From: Chrysomallon squamiferum
Taxonomy: Eukaryota > Animalia > Mollusca
Direction of reading: 5' to 3'
Assembly (NCBI GenBank): GCA_012295275.1
Contig: CM022670.1
Location: 33,604,001-33,668,000 of the forward strand
DNA length: 64,000 bases
The notes beneath the pieces are model-generated. The model saw only the letters and a program-made list of their open reading frames with translations. It ran no database searches and had not been told where the DNA came from. Both the position numbers and the translations under genes were made by a program. How positions within the stretch are numbered: position 1 is the first letter of the stretch; each line of letters starts with the position of its first letter. Positions 42,721 to 57,022 of the stretch are shown here, in pieces.

Positions 42721-43101
42721 ACGAATAAAAGCTATTTATTCGTAACTCACATTGCCCTCCCACCGCAATCCTTTATTACAGCAAATTCTAACATCAGTTC
42801 AAAACACAGTAATCTTTCTTTATCCAGTTTTGATAACCCACAAATATTTGTATTTCATTGATGGTAGCGACAACAGTAGTATTCACTGCATGTCATAACT
42901 ACCACTACATCTGTTACTACTACTACTACTACTACTACTGTTGCTACTGCCATCATCCCCACCAGGATCACTATTATCTTCATCAACCATCTTTACAACT
43001 ACTATTACTATTACAATAATTACTACTACAATAATTACTACCACCATTATGACTTTTACAATCACTACTGCTACTGCAGCATCAATATTATCACTGTTAT
43101 C

Positions 43102-43225
43102 TCCACCATCATTACCACTCCTACTACAACTACCACGACTGCCGCTTTTACCTCCACCATCATTACTACTCCTACTACAACTACCACGACTGCCGCTTTT
43201 ACATCCACCATCATTACTACTACTG
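43102..43225. repeat. 51-bp minisatellite (~2.4 units) within a cryptic (ACT)n domain spanning 42890-43290
   Basis: TCCACCATCATTACYACTCCTACTACAACTACCACGACTGCCGCTTTTACM starts at 43102 and 43153, with a partial unit at 43204. Confidence 0.93.
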
Positions 43226-45949
43226 CTACGATTCTACTGCAATTACTGCAACTGTCACCACCACTACCACCACTACTACTACTACCGTTGCTACCATCAC
43301 TGATTCTGTGTGACTCCCTTACTGGTGCCATTATAACCCTTACAATCATAACCAAATGTTTATTACCAAGAAAACCATTATAACTTCTAGTAATGATAAT
43401 AATGAATAATTCATAATGATGATGGTGATGATGATGATAATGATGGTGATGATGAAGGTGTTATAAAAATAATTTAACAGACTGTATAGTGGTAGCTGTA
43501 GTAGTGGTTACTGTTGTTGTTGTCGTAATAATAACAATAATCATATAGTTGAGATTGCAATAGTGTTGGTGGCTAAGTAATAAAATCTACAGCATTAAAA
43601 TCTACGCCAGTAAAAATGGACAAAAAAAAAAGGTAGAGAGAAAAAGGCGAGAGTGAAAAGAAATTAAATATGACTCGAGTTAGAATTAATTGTCGCAGCA
43701 GGCACTTAAAACTGAAGCACATAAACAAGTCACGTCGTCGTTAAAAAGTCATTTCCAAGTGTTGAGAGAAGTTACTTTATCTTGTTTTTAAATCTTAACA
43801 ACAAAAACAAAATATTACTTCTGCTGCTACTACTAATTATAATAATATTATTTCATAGCTTTTTCTCTTCTTGTTTTTTCTTTCAAAGGTGACAGGGGTT
43901 AGTTAGGCTGTCACATTGACGGTTTTGTTTAGCTGGGAAACTGAGCCTAAAATGCTCCGAGATTGACGAATACTTTGATCTGCTCATCAAGTTAGATATT
44001 TATTATTTACGATAAGAGATCAGTTTACATTCAAATGGGTCCTCAATGTTTTTTCTGATTGAACAGATCATACATTTGAGCCGGCTGTTTTTGATTTTTC
44101 GCTACATGTCCATTATCGGTTTTATTAGATTCCACAGCCCAGGGTAAATAAAGATTAACGTTAGTATTTAGTCACAGATTTTCAAGGAAAGCTTTTTTTG
44201 TAGCTGTTGTAGCTACATTTTATGTGACAGAAATAAATGGTAATGTTTTTTTTTTTTCAAAAATTTGTTTTACTTTGCGGGGAAACGCTGAAAAGGTAAA
44301 ACGAAATAAAAAAATAAAAAGAAATAAGTTAATTTGTTTTAAATTTAAATTTAATATATACAAACAAAAGAAAGGTAAGAAAAAAATGAGGGGAAAAACA
44401 AAACGTCATATATTGAAATTTAACAGTTTCTTCTTTTCATTTTCGAATTTTTTATTTTTTAATTATGTGATAATTGATTCAGATATTCAGGTAAAAAAAA
44501 AGCTGCAAAGCATCAGTGAAATTAATGGCTGATATTGGCAGTGGTAGTAGAAGATACAGTTGTTGTGTTGTAGTAGTAATAGTAGTAGTAGTAGTAGTAG
44601 CAGTAGTAACAGCAGTAGTAGAGGTAATAGGAACAGTAATAGTGCTTAGCAGTAGTAATACTGACAGTGGTTATGATTGTAAAGGTATTGGTGGCAGTAG
44701 TAATAACAATAATACTTATCGTATATGTTTTGATAATGTTATGATTTTTCTTATATTAAAACTGATATTCTTCGAGTTTGATTAAATACACTAAGAAAGA
44801 AACTGGTACATGAGATCGATTCTAATACAGGTTCTTGAAATGCTACAAACAACAGAACAGCTAGAGACCAGTTTTGATATTACGTCTTTAATTTAGCTTC
44901 AGTGCAGTTTAGCATAATCACTGAAAAAGAGTTTATGGGGGGTCAAAGGTAAGAGGTTTTGCCTTCGGAGATCATTTTACCTCGCCAAGTATGTAGTAGT
45001 CTTACTAAAGTTACCTGATCTATTTTTTTTCAGTGGATTCATTCAAGACTGGATAAATTACAAACCAGACTAAAGCGGTTTTGGTGCACTCAGATATGTC
45101 TATCTTTCTCAGATTGCATATCAAGTTTGTCTGTTCCCTTCTGCAGACATCATTTGAGTACAGATGTAGCTGTGTTATTTGATTCCGTTAAAATGCATTG
45201 TTATAATTATATAAGCAACCTTTGTATAAATATATGTAGAATCATGATGATAATCCAGTTATCAAAATTATTATATAAAAAAAAAAAAAAATTATTTGTA
45301 CATAAAACATTTTGAAATGAATAATCGTGAATCTACCCTCTGTCGAAAGCGGTGAGTTGAGAATTTTTTTTTTTTATTAATTTCATTTACTAAGAGTATA
45401 ATTAAGGATTACAAGAATAAAACAAATAACCGGTTTCTGAGACCCAATATCGACAGCAGGTCAGCAGAGCTTTCTAACCTTAGCAAGGTGATATCATAAG
45501 ACAGTTTAGTAGTAGTTATTCCCTATATATATATATAATTTTATATTTCCTTGAATTCGTCATCGTAAGTAGTGTCGTACCAGTATAATCTGACGTCATA
45601 GGGGTTAATCTGCGATTTGGCTTCTGTCGCCCCGCTGTTATACGTTCATGTCAGTTCTTTGTTTATATATCACCCTTAGACAGTAGCTCATGTTGGATAA
45701 AATGTCATATTAAATTCGACAAACTTAATGTCAATTACTCTGGGACAATGCTTAACGCCAAGAATACAGGATACCACAGTACCAGGCACCTAGGACCTTT
45801 TTGCTATTTCTCGTTTGCTTAGAGATCAACTGATTAAATAAAGAACAAGGCGGTCTAAACCCTTACAATCGTATCTTTCTGCTCAAAACGTGTCATCCAT
45901 GGGTGCTTGAAAAAAAAAACGAAGATTAAATCGATCATATTCTCGCATT

Positions 45950-46500
45950 AATGATACAGAGCTCGGCAGTCTGTCATAATACAGACGAGCGAGGGAAAAG
46001 ACACAAATGCTTCGTCATGGATTTGTTGACGTTCACAGGCCACGACCGAGATTGCTGCCTGGAAACAAACGCTAGGAAGACTGGATGTTCCTGTGAAATG
46101 TGAGAAAGCCTTGGTCAGTGCTCTTCCGTGTCGAGTGGTCATGAATGCAGTGATGTTTGCCCAGCCAGCTACCAATTGAAACCTCTTGACGGTGGCCGGG
46201 CCCCTCGAAGTAAACCCACCACAGACACCAAACGCGAGATGTCAACAAGCACATTAGAGCTTTCTCTTTGCTGTTCATTTGTGGTCTTTTCTCTCATTCT
46301 CACCCGTTCATATTCGACAAACAGACCACTTTATTCTCTCGGTGGTACTCCACTTCGCCGATGACAAAAGAAAAAAAGCTGCTACATCTCGATGAACGGA
46401 GATTTTTCCCGCCTTGGTCATAAAGGCCATCTTCAAGTGTGTGCTTAACCTGCACCAACAATGCAGGCGACGACTTACCGCGGGAATAAAACAACACTCT
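45950..46500. promoter_or_regulatory. CpG-retaining unique island, candidate cis-regulatory element
   Basis: GC and CpG are clearly above the flanks and the ORFs are short and unrecognisable. It contains E2F-like TTTTCCCGCC (~46404) and TTACCGCGGG (46475). Confidence 0.35.
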
Positions 46501-46717
46501 GTGATTAACTAATGTGCATATCCTGAGATCCTTCCTAGTCCTATTTGCTGCACTTTGTCAGTTGTATGGACCGAAACAACCATGTTTAACAGCTCTAATA
46601 ACAAATGTTAATTTAAATAAATAAAAATAAAAAACGAAACTTTTCATATTCTCTTTCTTTATTATCATCTTCCTTAGAATTGTCATCACTCCAGAAATTA
46701 TTATTATTATTTCATTG

Positions 46718-46925
46718 AATAGCAGTAGTGGTAGCAGCAGTAGTAATAGTAGCAGCAGTGTGGTGGTAGTAGTAGTAGTAGTAGTAGTAATAATAGTAAC
46801 GCTGGTAGCAGTAGTAGTAATAGTAGCAGCAGCAGTAGTAATTGCAGTAGTGGTAGTAGTAGTGCTAGTAGCTGTAGTAGTTGGCAGTGGTAATATAATA
46901 GTGATATTAGTGGTAGTAGTAGTAC
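46718..46925. repeat. Cryptic (AGT/AGC)n trinucleotide domain
   Basis: In-phase degenerate triplets. A similar domain lies at 44535-44715. Confidence 0.92.
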
Positions 46926-47942
46926 TTTTAGCATTGAAATTATTGTTGTAACATCGTCGTTGCTGTTGTTTTAGTTGCCTTGGCTGCTGTTAATGCTATT
47001 AATATTTGGCAATATATTATTCCAGGGAAAACTGTGTAATTAAGTAATTAACATCGACAACATGTTTTAGCTACCTCATTACTTTTCTCATAATATGTTT
47101 TGCTGTTGCTGCTGATGATGTTATAAGCACCGTTTCCGAACGTTGGAAATAATTAAATGAGATAAACAAGCCTTGAAGCAGCAGAATGGATGTAATCGCT
47201 ATTATGGATAATAAGATACTGAAATTACTTTGACTGCACTTTAATAAACTTTCCACGCATTATCATCACGTATTACAGTAATCAAATATAAAAGTACATC
47301 CTGACAGAACCAGTTCGTCTAGAACTCAAATTCATGACTGAAGCAAATGCAGACGAGAAGTAAATTAGGATGACGGATACTAGAGAACCTGGTAGGCATT
47401 TCAGCTCGTACTGAATACAAAAATGGGAAACGCAGTCATAATAAAACGATTGCCAAGCACCCAATCCTCAAGGTAACGGGTGTCATTTTTCTGTGAGATT
47501 TGCGATACATCACGCTGTCAGACACACCAGGACAGTTTATCGCGAGATAAACTTGACAACTGGACATCATTGTGGTAATAAGTGTCCATTGTTGTCCATC
47601 ATTGTCCACAGCATTCCTAGCATCGCCCGTGCTGTCCGGTCAGCTTTATTTAGCATCGAATGGTCACTATTAATTTCAATCAGTTTCTTCTGCCGGTGGC
47701 ACGGTGCTAACTGGCATGAAATAGCATTGTAGGTAATAGTAATTGGTTTCATAAACATATTCCTGTGTCCATTTACTGTCTGGAACAGTTTATTAGTGGA
47801 CAGTCTGGGCTGGGTTCGGATGTCGTAGAAGTACAAGTATGCAAGCTTTCTGAAGTTTTAATAGTCGACACGATGATGTTTTATACATATTTATATGATA
47901 TACGATTGTTTATTGTTCGTACATGCTCCTTCATTCTGCCTA

Positions 47943-48089
<147 letters not shown>

Positions 48090-50596
48090 TGTGCACCACC
48101 TGCATAGATACACATAAAGTATGCAGAGATAAACGAAATGTTCACACACAGGCATGCTGATTATTTCACTTTATTTTTTGTCGTATTATATTTATTTTAC
48201 ATTTATCTGACACACCTAAGAAAAGAATGTCATTAACAGGAGTACAATGGTTAAAAAAAAAAAAAAAAAAAAAAAAATGTTGTTTGGCTTTTTCAGATAT
48301 TTTATAGAAGAAAATGAAAAACAAAAAGTTTTACATGTGTGTCTGTGTGTGCGTGTGTGTTTTTGTGTGTGTGTTTTTGAGCGACTTTTTAAAGTTTGGG
48401 AAGGTCCAGGAAAAAAATCACCTTAATAAACAAACAGGAAAAAAAACAACAAAAAAACAACATACCAACGAAAACCAATACACCAAATAAAACCGAGGTA
48501 GAAATAAAAAAGACGAAAAGACAGAAGAGTTTTCGGTGACGAGTTAAATCTGTGTTTTATCTACAGGAATGTTTTCTGTGAATACTGACAACTTACGACG
48601 TGTTTGTTTGTGACAACATAAATCCTACAAGATCTCAAGTACTGCGTCCTTTTGTCAATCTACAACTGACATTTCTTCAGTATATAGATATAAAACTAAA
48701 AATAAAAGAGTATAAATAAAGATATATACGGTCGGGTTAACAAAGATTTGTGAGAATTTTTTTTCAAAATGTTTTCCAACTTGAGGGAAAAAAAACAAAT
48801 TTTGTTAACCGGTAAAAATGATCGACTGTTAATAAGGTTATGGGCAGGAATGAGACTTGCAATGATGATATAATATTCACATGCACTATACACAGTACTG
48901 TATGAAAACAGGCAGATTACAATTCGTTACAGATATTTCAGTGTAATCATTAAAACTGAGACGGTATGTAACTGAGATAAAGTCTCCAGTTTAGGGTATA
49001 ACAAAAAGTGTGATATAACTGACAACGTACGTGATGGAAGTCACAAAACGCTTTGGTCACAGAGACTGTTCCTTTCACTTAGATGTCGCACTGAATAACT
49101 CCGCAGAGTCTTAAAGAACTTTAACATGCTATTGAAGGAGCTGTATGTCAGCACCCAGTCACTAAAACTGAATCACCCTGCTCTGTTTTCCTTGCATTTT
49201 TCCATTAGCTGGCTTGTCGTTGGTAAGGATTTAATAACCAGATCGGGAAATGAAAATAAATTAAGTGAATTCCCGCTAACCACCTATATCTTTAAGATCA
49301 AGACCCTTTAACTACTCGGGCTGGTAATGGACGCCACATCTTGCCAAGAAAATGACCGACGTCTCTTACGATCGGGTTCATCAAGTCGCAGATAATTGTT
49401 AGGTTCATAATGACGTTATTTACAATGATATGGGGGCCAGATGAAAATGTCTGCACGCAACAGTTTTAAGTACCGGGATTTGTGAGCGAGAGTATAGAGT
49501 CTGAGGTGCTTTCCGCAGAGATGGCTACTATTTTGTCTCTGCTGTAAATGGTCGTAATATCGGTTCCCCGTCAGAGGTCGTCGACTTTGGCTGACCCCTT
49601 TTAAATGTCTGGGTGAATCTATACCTTGTGGTATTTATCTGTCCTGATATATATCAAGAATTAAAAAAAAAAAAAAAATTAAGTAATAATAAAAAAACAT
49701 TCATTATGCTGAATTTTTATACGTTTATAGAGTGTCATTGATAACCTTTAAAGCTTGCCTATTTCATGGTTAGCGAAATAAAACAAAGCCAAAAATGTGT
49801 ACCTTGGACCCCAACAATTACAAGCAAGAAGGGCGTAAATAATCAAATTATTAACGTCATGTGCTGCGTCAAGATCAGACACAGCGACGCTTACTAATAA
49901 TGTACATGACTATATTTCTAGAAGTTACGGCTCAGATAATTTTGGCGTGTGACGTATTTTTTCCCCAAACATGATAGAACGTAAACCTACGCTGACCTGT
50001 CCATGCGCCTCTCTCTCAAAAAATATTTCATACAGCAGTTTTATTAATATATCAAATAATCATTCCGTACAGCCGATGACTCAACTGTGAACAGTCATCG
50101 TTTATTTCAAAAACTACAAGAAGAAAATCAGTTGTTGTAGTTTATGTTACAGATGTGAGATGTCCAGATGTGCGCTGTATTGCATGGCTGATCAGTTCTG
50201 TACGAAAACAAATTACCACGAGGTTTATGTGACTGTTTGTGTAAGAAAATGCACAAAGTCCCTTTTTCTAAGTGATAATGCAGAGCCAATACGGGTAGAA
50301 CGCAGTTAAACACTAATTGTTTTGAGGCACATATACAAATCAATCTGAGAAGCGTATCAGCTATTACTGTTACCTGATCTACCGTTATCCGATTTCTTGA
50401 ATAGAGGGAATCTGTGTTCTTCCACATGTGTCTCTGGCTTTGTATATATATATCTATCTTTGTAAGGATGAAAAACTCCGCATCTTGACGTATTCTAGAT
50501 ATTCTGTCTTTGAGTAAGTATTTCTTATTTAATATATTGGCATATAGACCGACAGAGAGTACAACTATACATACGTACGTTCACACATTAATAAAC

Positions 50597-50852
50597 ACAT
50601 CCATCCATCCATCCATACATCCATCCATACATACATATACATACATATATATATATATAACACATACACTTATTTACTCACATGCATTATATACATACAT
50701 ATATATATATATATACATACTCACATACATAACATACATACATATATACATACATACATACATACATACATACATACATACATACATACATACATACATA
50801 CATACATACATACATACATACATACATACATACATACACACACATACATACA
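50597..50852. repeat. (CATC)/(CATA)n compound microsatellite
   Basis: Directly visible. Confidence 0.95.
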
Positions 50853-51554
50853 TTTTAATTACAGAGGCTAGAACAAATGATCATGTACATTCTCTTTCTA
50901 CATTGCGGAATACTTACTCATCGGTGTGTCGGCCAAAGTTTAACTGGTAATGTTTTTTTCTATGTCGTGTATATCTATTGCGTATTAATTTTTTTTAAAC
51001 ACTATAAAATAACTGAATCACAAGTGTCAGTTTATAAACAGAGAAGAAATGTGTTTGGGTATCGTCTTTCTTCTGGAATTTTGTAAGATTTTTTTTTCTT
51101 CTGTAAGTACGCTAGCTATTTTATATGGGTGAAATGAAATAGGTATGCCTGTGTGTATGTTTGTGTATGTGTGTTTATGCATGTACATCTGTGTGTATGT
51201 TTGAGTATGTGTGTCAATAGTTGTATGTAATTGTTTATGCATGTATCTAAGTTTATATCTGTGCATATGTGTAAATGTATATACGTGTCTTTGTGTATGT
51301 GTATTTATGTGTACGTATGGGTGCGTACAGATGTGAGTATATTCGACTTTGTATGTGTGTATATGGCACTGTTATTTTGTGTGTATATATATAGATGAAA
51401 AATAATTTTTCAAATACTACATTATTGAATTCGTGCCTAAACGTATAGGGGCATTTCCTTAATAATAATAATAAAAAAAAAAAAAAATAATGTAATGGTA
51501 TAGACTATAAACCTATCATTAATTTCTCATTAATTTTTGCTTCATCACAAACCA

Positions 51555-52035
51555 AACGCCGTTCACTTTCAGCCTTGCCTTATCGCTTTATTTTTTTTTC
51601 ACATTCGCTTCAATGTGTCGAAATGATCACTCCGTCGTGTCCTGCCTATACACTTACTCAAACTTGGCAGCGTTCTTTTGTAACGCGTTTTCAAAACAGT
51701 TTGAACTTAGGCACGTTTCACGTCAGCTTCATCCGAGGAGGGACGACAAGGCGAGAATGGGTGGATTGCTCGCTGTTCTGGTGGTCCGGTGCTAACAGTA
51801 AAGCGATAGCGCAACTTGCGTCTCCTGGATGCACAAGACTCGGGTAAAATTACCGCGGGATAAAGGGAAATAATGGAAGGCGCACTGAAGAAAATCTTTG
51901 TTAGACCTAAAAGTCAACCCAGACGGTGGTGTTTTGCCTTCAGCGTGGCCTACCTGCTTTGCAGAATGAAGCCAAGTACAAAAGCTGTACCGCGGTTTTG
52001 ACCCACCCAGAGTCATTGATGCTGAAGAACAGGTA
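51555..52035. promoter_or_regulatory. CpG-retaining unique island, candidate cis-regulatory element
   Basis: Relatively GC/CpG-rich with no recognisable ORF. It has two ACCGCGG motifs (51852, 51989). Confidence 0.35.
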
Positions 52036-52107
52036 ATGATAAGTTCATAAAAAAAATGAGAAGAAAAAGAAAAAGAATCATTAGGTACATGTGTAGCGTA
52101 TATCTAA

Positions 52108-52352
52108 ACACACCACACACACACACACATATATCTACGTACATACATACATGCATACATCATACAGAGACATTCATTCATACACACACACAAACACACA
52201 GACACAGACACACATACATACATATATACATACATGCATACAGACATTTATACATGCATGCATGCATACATACATACATACATACATACATACATACATA
52301 CATACATACATACATACATACATACATACATACATACATACATACATACATA
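52108..52352. repeat. (CA)/(CATA)n compound microsatellite
   Basis: Directly visible. Confidence 0.95.
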
Positions 52353-53660
52353 CCTATATATAGATACATGTAAAATTAGCGAGGGAATGAAGCAATAAAA
52401 TTCATCTAGCAAAATACAATAAAAAGGTGAATTTAAACCAGTTGCATTCAGCAAATCTGAGCAGTCCTTTTAAAATAAAATTCTATATCTTCTTTTTATA
52501 GCAGCTACACTGATCATTTTAAGAGGCGTATAACAAAAGATAGGGTATTAGAATGGGAACAAAATGAAGCACCAGGTGGTTGAAAAATAGTAAACAACAC
52601 AAGAACGATAGCAGAAATACATCAATAACATTTAACATTTTAATGGGAATTTAACAATAAGTAATATTAGAAAATACAACAACTCAGAGTTAGAAAAAAA
52701 ATAATAATAAAGAAGGAAAGGAGAGACAAGATAAATATGGGCCAATTCGTTTTCTATTAAAATAACTATACAGAAGCATAATACACATACACATATACAC
52801 ACACATACAGACATATGCACATTGTTATGATCATCTTATTTTATTTTTTGCCATCAAAAAAAGTGTGACAGTGAATCTGCTAGGTTTGCGAATTCCACCA
52901 GAGAGACAGATACACGTACGTTTTAGCCTAACCCGAGTTTATATGCCGTGTCACAAGAGGTCCAAAACACATGACGACAAGCTCACTATTAAAGTGTGCA
53001 GCTTTTAATAAGATGAGCCGATCTAACTAGTCCAATAGTAGTAGTGTCGAGGCTTGTAGTCGCAGTGTTCTCGCTGGAGTAAGACGGTGGTGGTTTTTTT
53101 ACCTGTGACAAAACGCCTCGGAAAAAGGCCGCGTGAAGCAATCGCTGTTAAGGGGCTCTCTACGCGACACTCTTCTGATACATAAAATATGAACGGCGGA
53201 GCTTTTCTGCTGTTTCACCCAGTTATCGACTTGGTCATGTGAGTTATGCGCGCAGGATTCTGAAACTTAATTAATTCTCTGGATGCTGTAATCAAACATC
53301 GCACGATTTTCAGTTATCAAAAGTGTTTTGTGTATGTGTGTATATGTGTATTTGTCTCTCTCTCGCTCTCTCTCTTTGTTTCTGTTCGTCTGTTGAGGAA
53401 AATCTTCACATTTGGAATATACAGACTTTACGGAAGAAAAAAAGAAAACAAAAGACTTTTATTAACTGGAGATTATTTCTTGGATTGTGTATAACAAGTT
53501 TTGCACCTGAACTTTTGATAAAAGGTATGGTCATTTATTTTTAATTTGTTTAATCTAATTGTAATATATCTATATAATATATACACACACATATATATAT
53601 GGAACATGAATTTCAGTGGCAGTCCAGATTTTGTGTTTCATTTTGTTTTAATTCATATTC

Positions 53661-53663
<3 letters not shown>

Positions 53664-53738
<75 letters not shown>
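53664..53738. repeat. (CT)n microsatellite
   Basis: Perfect tract. Confidence 0.98.
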
Positions 53739-53741
<3 letters not shown>

Positions 53742-56711
53742 CAATTTAAAGCTACATGTTTTTCTGGGGTTTTTGATTTTTTTTTTTAAACTACAACAAC
53801 AACAACAGAAATACCAAAATGAACTATCTCATGCACTCTGTCGCTTTTTTAGCCTTTGTAACTGTAATGTATAAATTATCTATAAATGAAAATACTCGTA
53901 AACTATTTGCAATATTTTTCTTTTCACCGTTTAATAATCCCCAAAGACGTAGTCATAATTTTTTTTTGTCAACCGTATCCCTTAACATTGTCGTTCAAAC
54001 ATACATAGTTAATAATTTATTGTTTGTCCCCATTGTCGTTTTTCGAGATCGAATTTTGAGAACTGGTTTTGAATATCTTCAAGCCCGTAAACCGTGTAAA
54101 CATACCACTGGAAGACAAAAATAAAAGAAATGCATGGTCACTGTCTCGTAAGTTATGATGATAGCTGTAGGCTACATAATGTTAAAGAACATGCTTTAGA
54201 GTACCTTTTGTAGTTGTCGTAACCGCGGGCACAGGTATTTTTCACAGAGAAGTGAGTGCGATTTTAAACGGGCCGACACAGCATGTCATGTTCGTCAAAA
54301 CAAAACGGCAGAAATGTTAGCCACGTTTTTTTTTTTTTTTTTTTTTTTTTTATTGCTTAATATGAGGCGCTACATATTTGTAAAGTGGTAAACTGACCTG
54401 TAGAAGAGCAATTCGTGGATAATAAAACCACCGACATGAAATAACTTCGATTTAAATTAGATATAAATTCTCTTTCATTTTTCTCTTTTATACCCTCTCT
54501 CAACACCATTAAAGAAAATGTTATTTACTGCGTTGAATCTTTCGAAATTCTTTTGTGTGTAATGAAAACTAAAAAAAAAAAGTCATTGGTGTTAATGTTG
54601 TGATATAAATACATGTTGATGGTTTGTTATATACGTATGCATCTATGCGCTTTTCTCACACATTTTCTTTAGATTAATACACAAGTCCTAATAATAGACT
54701 GTGCGTTGTAGATTGGTGGTTGAAATGATAGTAGCTCTTTAACACTTTGCATTATGAAGAACGTGTATGTATGAGTATATAAACTTATGTGTGTGTTTGT
54801 ATGTGTTTTTGTGTGTGTATTTAACTGTATGTGTGTGTGTTTTAGTGTGTGTGTGTATGTATGTGTTAGACTATTACTGCTAAGTTAATATAACTGTAAA
54901 GATACTCGTAAGTTAAATGATTTCAGTGATGCATTGTGGTAAAAGAACAAAATAGTAGCGGTGATGATAGTACAGGCAATGCCGGAGCTGTGGTAGTTGT
55001 AGTAGTAGCAGCAGCAGCAGCTGTGGTAGCTATTTTATTTTTGTGTTTGTCTTGGACGTGGAGATGGAACGTATTAATAACAATCTTAACAGCACGATAA
55101 CGTCAGGATAATAATGCATTGGTTAGCTTCCCCGTGGTTCGGTGTGCTGTATAAATCACTTTAAGCATTCACTATTGTGCAGATAGTCAAGGAACACAAC
55201 CTCGACCAAAGTGTGCATATTTCAACGTTTATGCACAAAACTTCAGCGTGACAAAAGTGAACCGCAGGTTGACAGATGTTGAAGATAGACGTAAACGACG
55301 CCAGTCGTACGTGCAAGTAGTTATGCTGAGCGTGCAAACACTGGCACTCCACATCAAACCTGTTTTCGTCTTGAGGATTATCTGTTTTAATGACAGCCTG
55401 CCTGTTTTATTGAAAATAATGAAAACTGAAGTAGTCAATTAATGCGCGCGTTAAGGTATCCATTGCGGCGAGTCTCGGCTCTGATAGGGTGGTCGTAGTA
55501 GTAGTAATGTTTGTTGTAGCTGCAGCCGGAAAGAACGTTGATAAGGTCAAGATTATTACTCCGTACCCGGCGTGCTGGTTTGTCAGAGCAGTATAAATAT
55601 TGTCATTTGTCTAAACGGTGCACTTTGTATTTTGATAAATTCTGTGTTGACCTTCTTTCCTTTCTTCTTCACTTTTAAGTGTTGTCGTATCACACCATGT
55701 TAGTTGGTCGCTTGCTAGCGATAATATTGTATTTGTTTTAACACCTATTCATTCATTCATTCATTTGTTCGTTCATTCGTTCATTCATTCATTCATTCAT
55801 TCATTTTATAAATATGTATTTATTTAATTATTTTTATCACTCTTTATTTTTGTTAAGTTGTTTATTTTTTTAATTTAATTTATTTGTTTGTTTGTTTGTT
55901 TTATTTATTTATTTATTTATTATTTATTTATTTATTTTGGCTGTAAAATTTGAAGTTCATTGTAAATGTTTTTGTGTGTCAGAAAAAAATGTATATTATG
56001 AAAAGGGCGGCTCCAGAAACATAGCTGTCAAATAATAGCTATTGTCGTCTTTATTACTGCTATTTTCGTCAACAAAGCGTTGTTTCCTTTACAGCTGTTG
56101 TCTTTTGTAAGACGCTGCTGCAGTCTGTTTCTTTTGTAACAAACGTTTAGACACTGTGAGTGCAGATTGCGATAAACTGCTGAATTCATCAGTAAATAAG
56201 TTTTTAATATGTAAAATTAAATGTCAGTGTAACGAATAATGACAGAATGGAGGTGATGTTCAGCTGATACGATGAATTTGAGGTCACTCGTGAAATAGCG
56301 ACAGCCAGTTTGGCATCCGGGGATTTCAGATAATGTATAGAAGTCCCAGGGTAATCCTGCTGGCAAATAATTCATGATTTTAGAAGAATTAGAACAGATA
56401 TGTAACCTTCGATATTTCTTATCGTTGCTGAAGTCATAATAAAAATATATTTAATAAATAAAAAAAAGAAGACTGCCACATTTTATCAGCGTATTTGACA
56501 ACGTAACATAGTCTCTTTATTGTTTTCCAGTAATAATAATAGTGATGTAAAAAAAAAAAAAAAAAAATACCAAAAACATTTTATGTCTTTTAACTAAGAT
56601 TGGTAAGTGTCCAAGTGAATTATTGTTTTATTTTATTAACGACACATTCCATACTGTATTATTAACTATTACAAAGATTTAAACATAGGTCATAGTTTGA
56701 TAATGATATTA

Positions 56712-57022
56712 CAAGGTAAGCTTTCTTCCATCTCTAAGAACTTATGACATGCAATAGCGAAAAAAGATCTTTTAGATAATGAAGAAGCGCAAAGCACTTT
56801 CTTTGATAAACCATTTACTGGGTACAAACGGGAAGTTAAAATGATATGGAAGTTTTAAACACAGGTTATGTTTAATTATGATACTACAGGGGAAGCTTTC
56901 TTCCTATCTCTAAGAATTTATCTGCTGGGATAGCAAAAAAGGATCTTTTTGATGATGGAAAAGCACAAAGCACGTTCTTCGATAAACCAGATATTAGACA
57001 CCAACTGGAAGTTAAAATGATG
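56712..57022 (+). repeat. Diverged tandem duplication (~135-bp copies at 56712 and 56887, period ~175 bp)
   Basis: AAGCTTTCTTCC(T)ATCTCTAAGAA..ATAGC.AAAAA.GATCTTTT.GAT..CAAAGCAC.TTCTT.GATAAACCA..GGAAGTTAAAATGAT occurs in both copies. By hand alignment there are 25 mismatches and no indels over the 111-bp core. Confidence 0.9.

Noticed and set aside
45948-46497. Four overlapping short ORFs in a GC-richer island as coding exons
   Set aside because: No recognisable protein or consistent splice framework. ORFs of this length are expected at the higher local GC.
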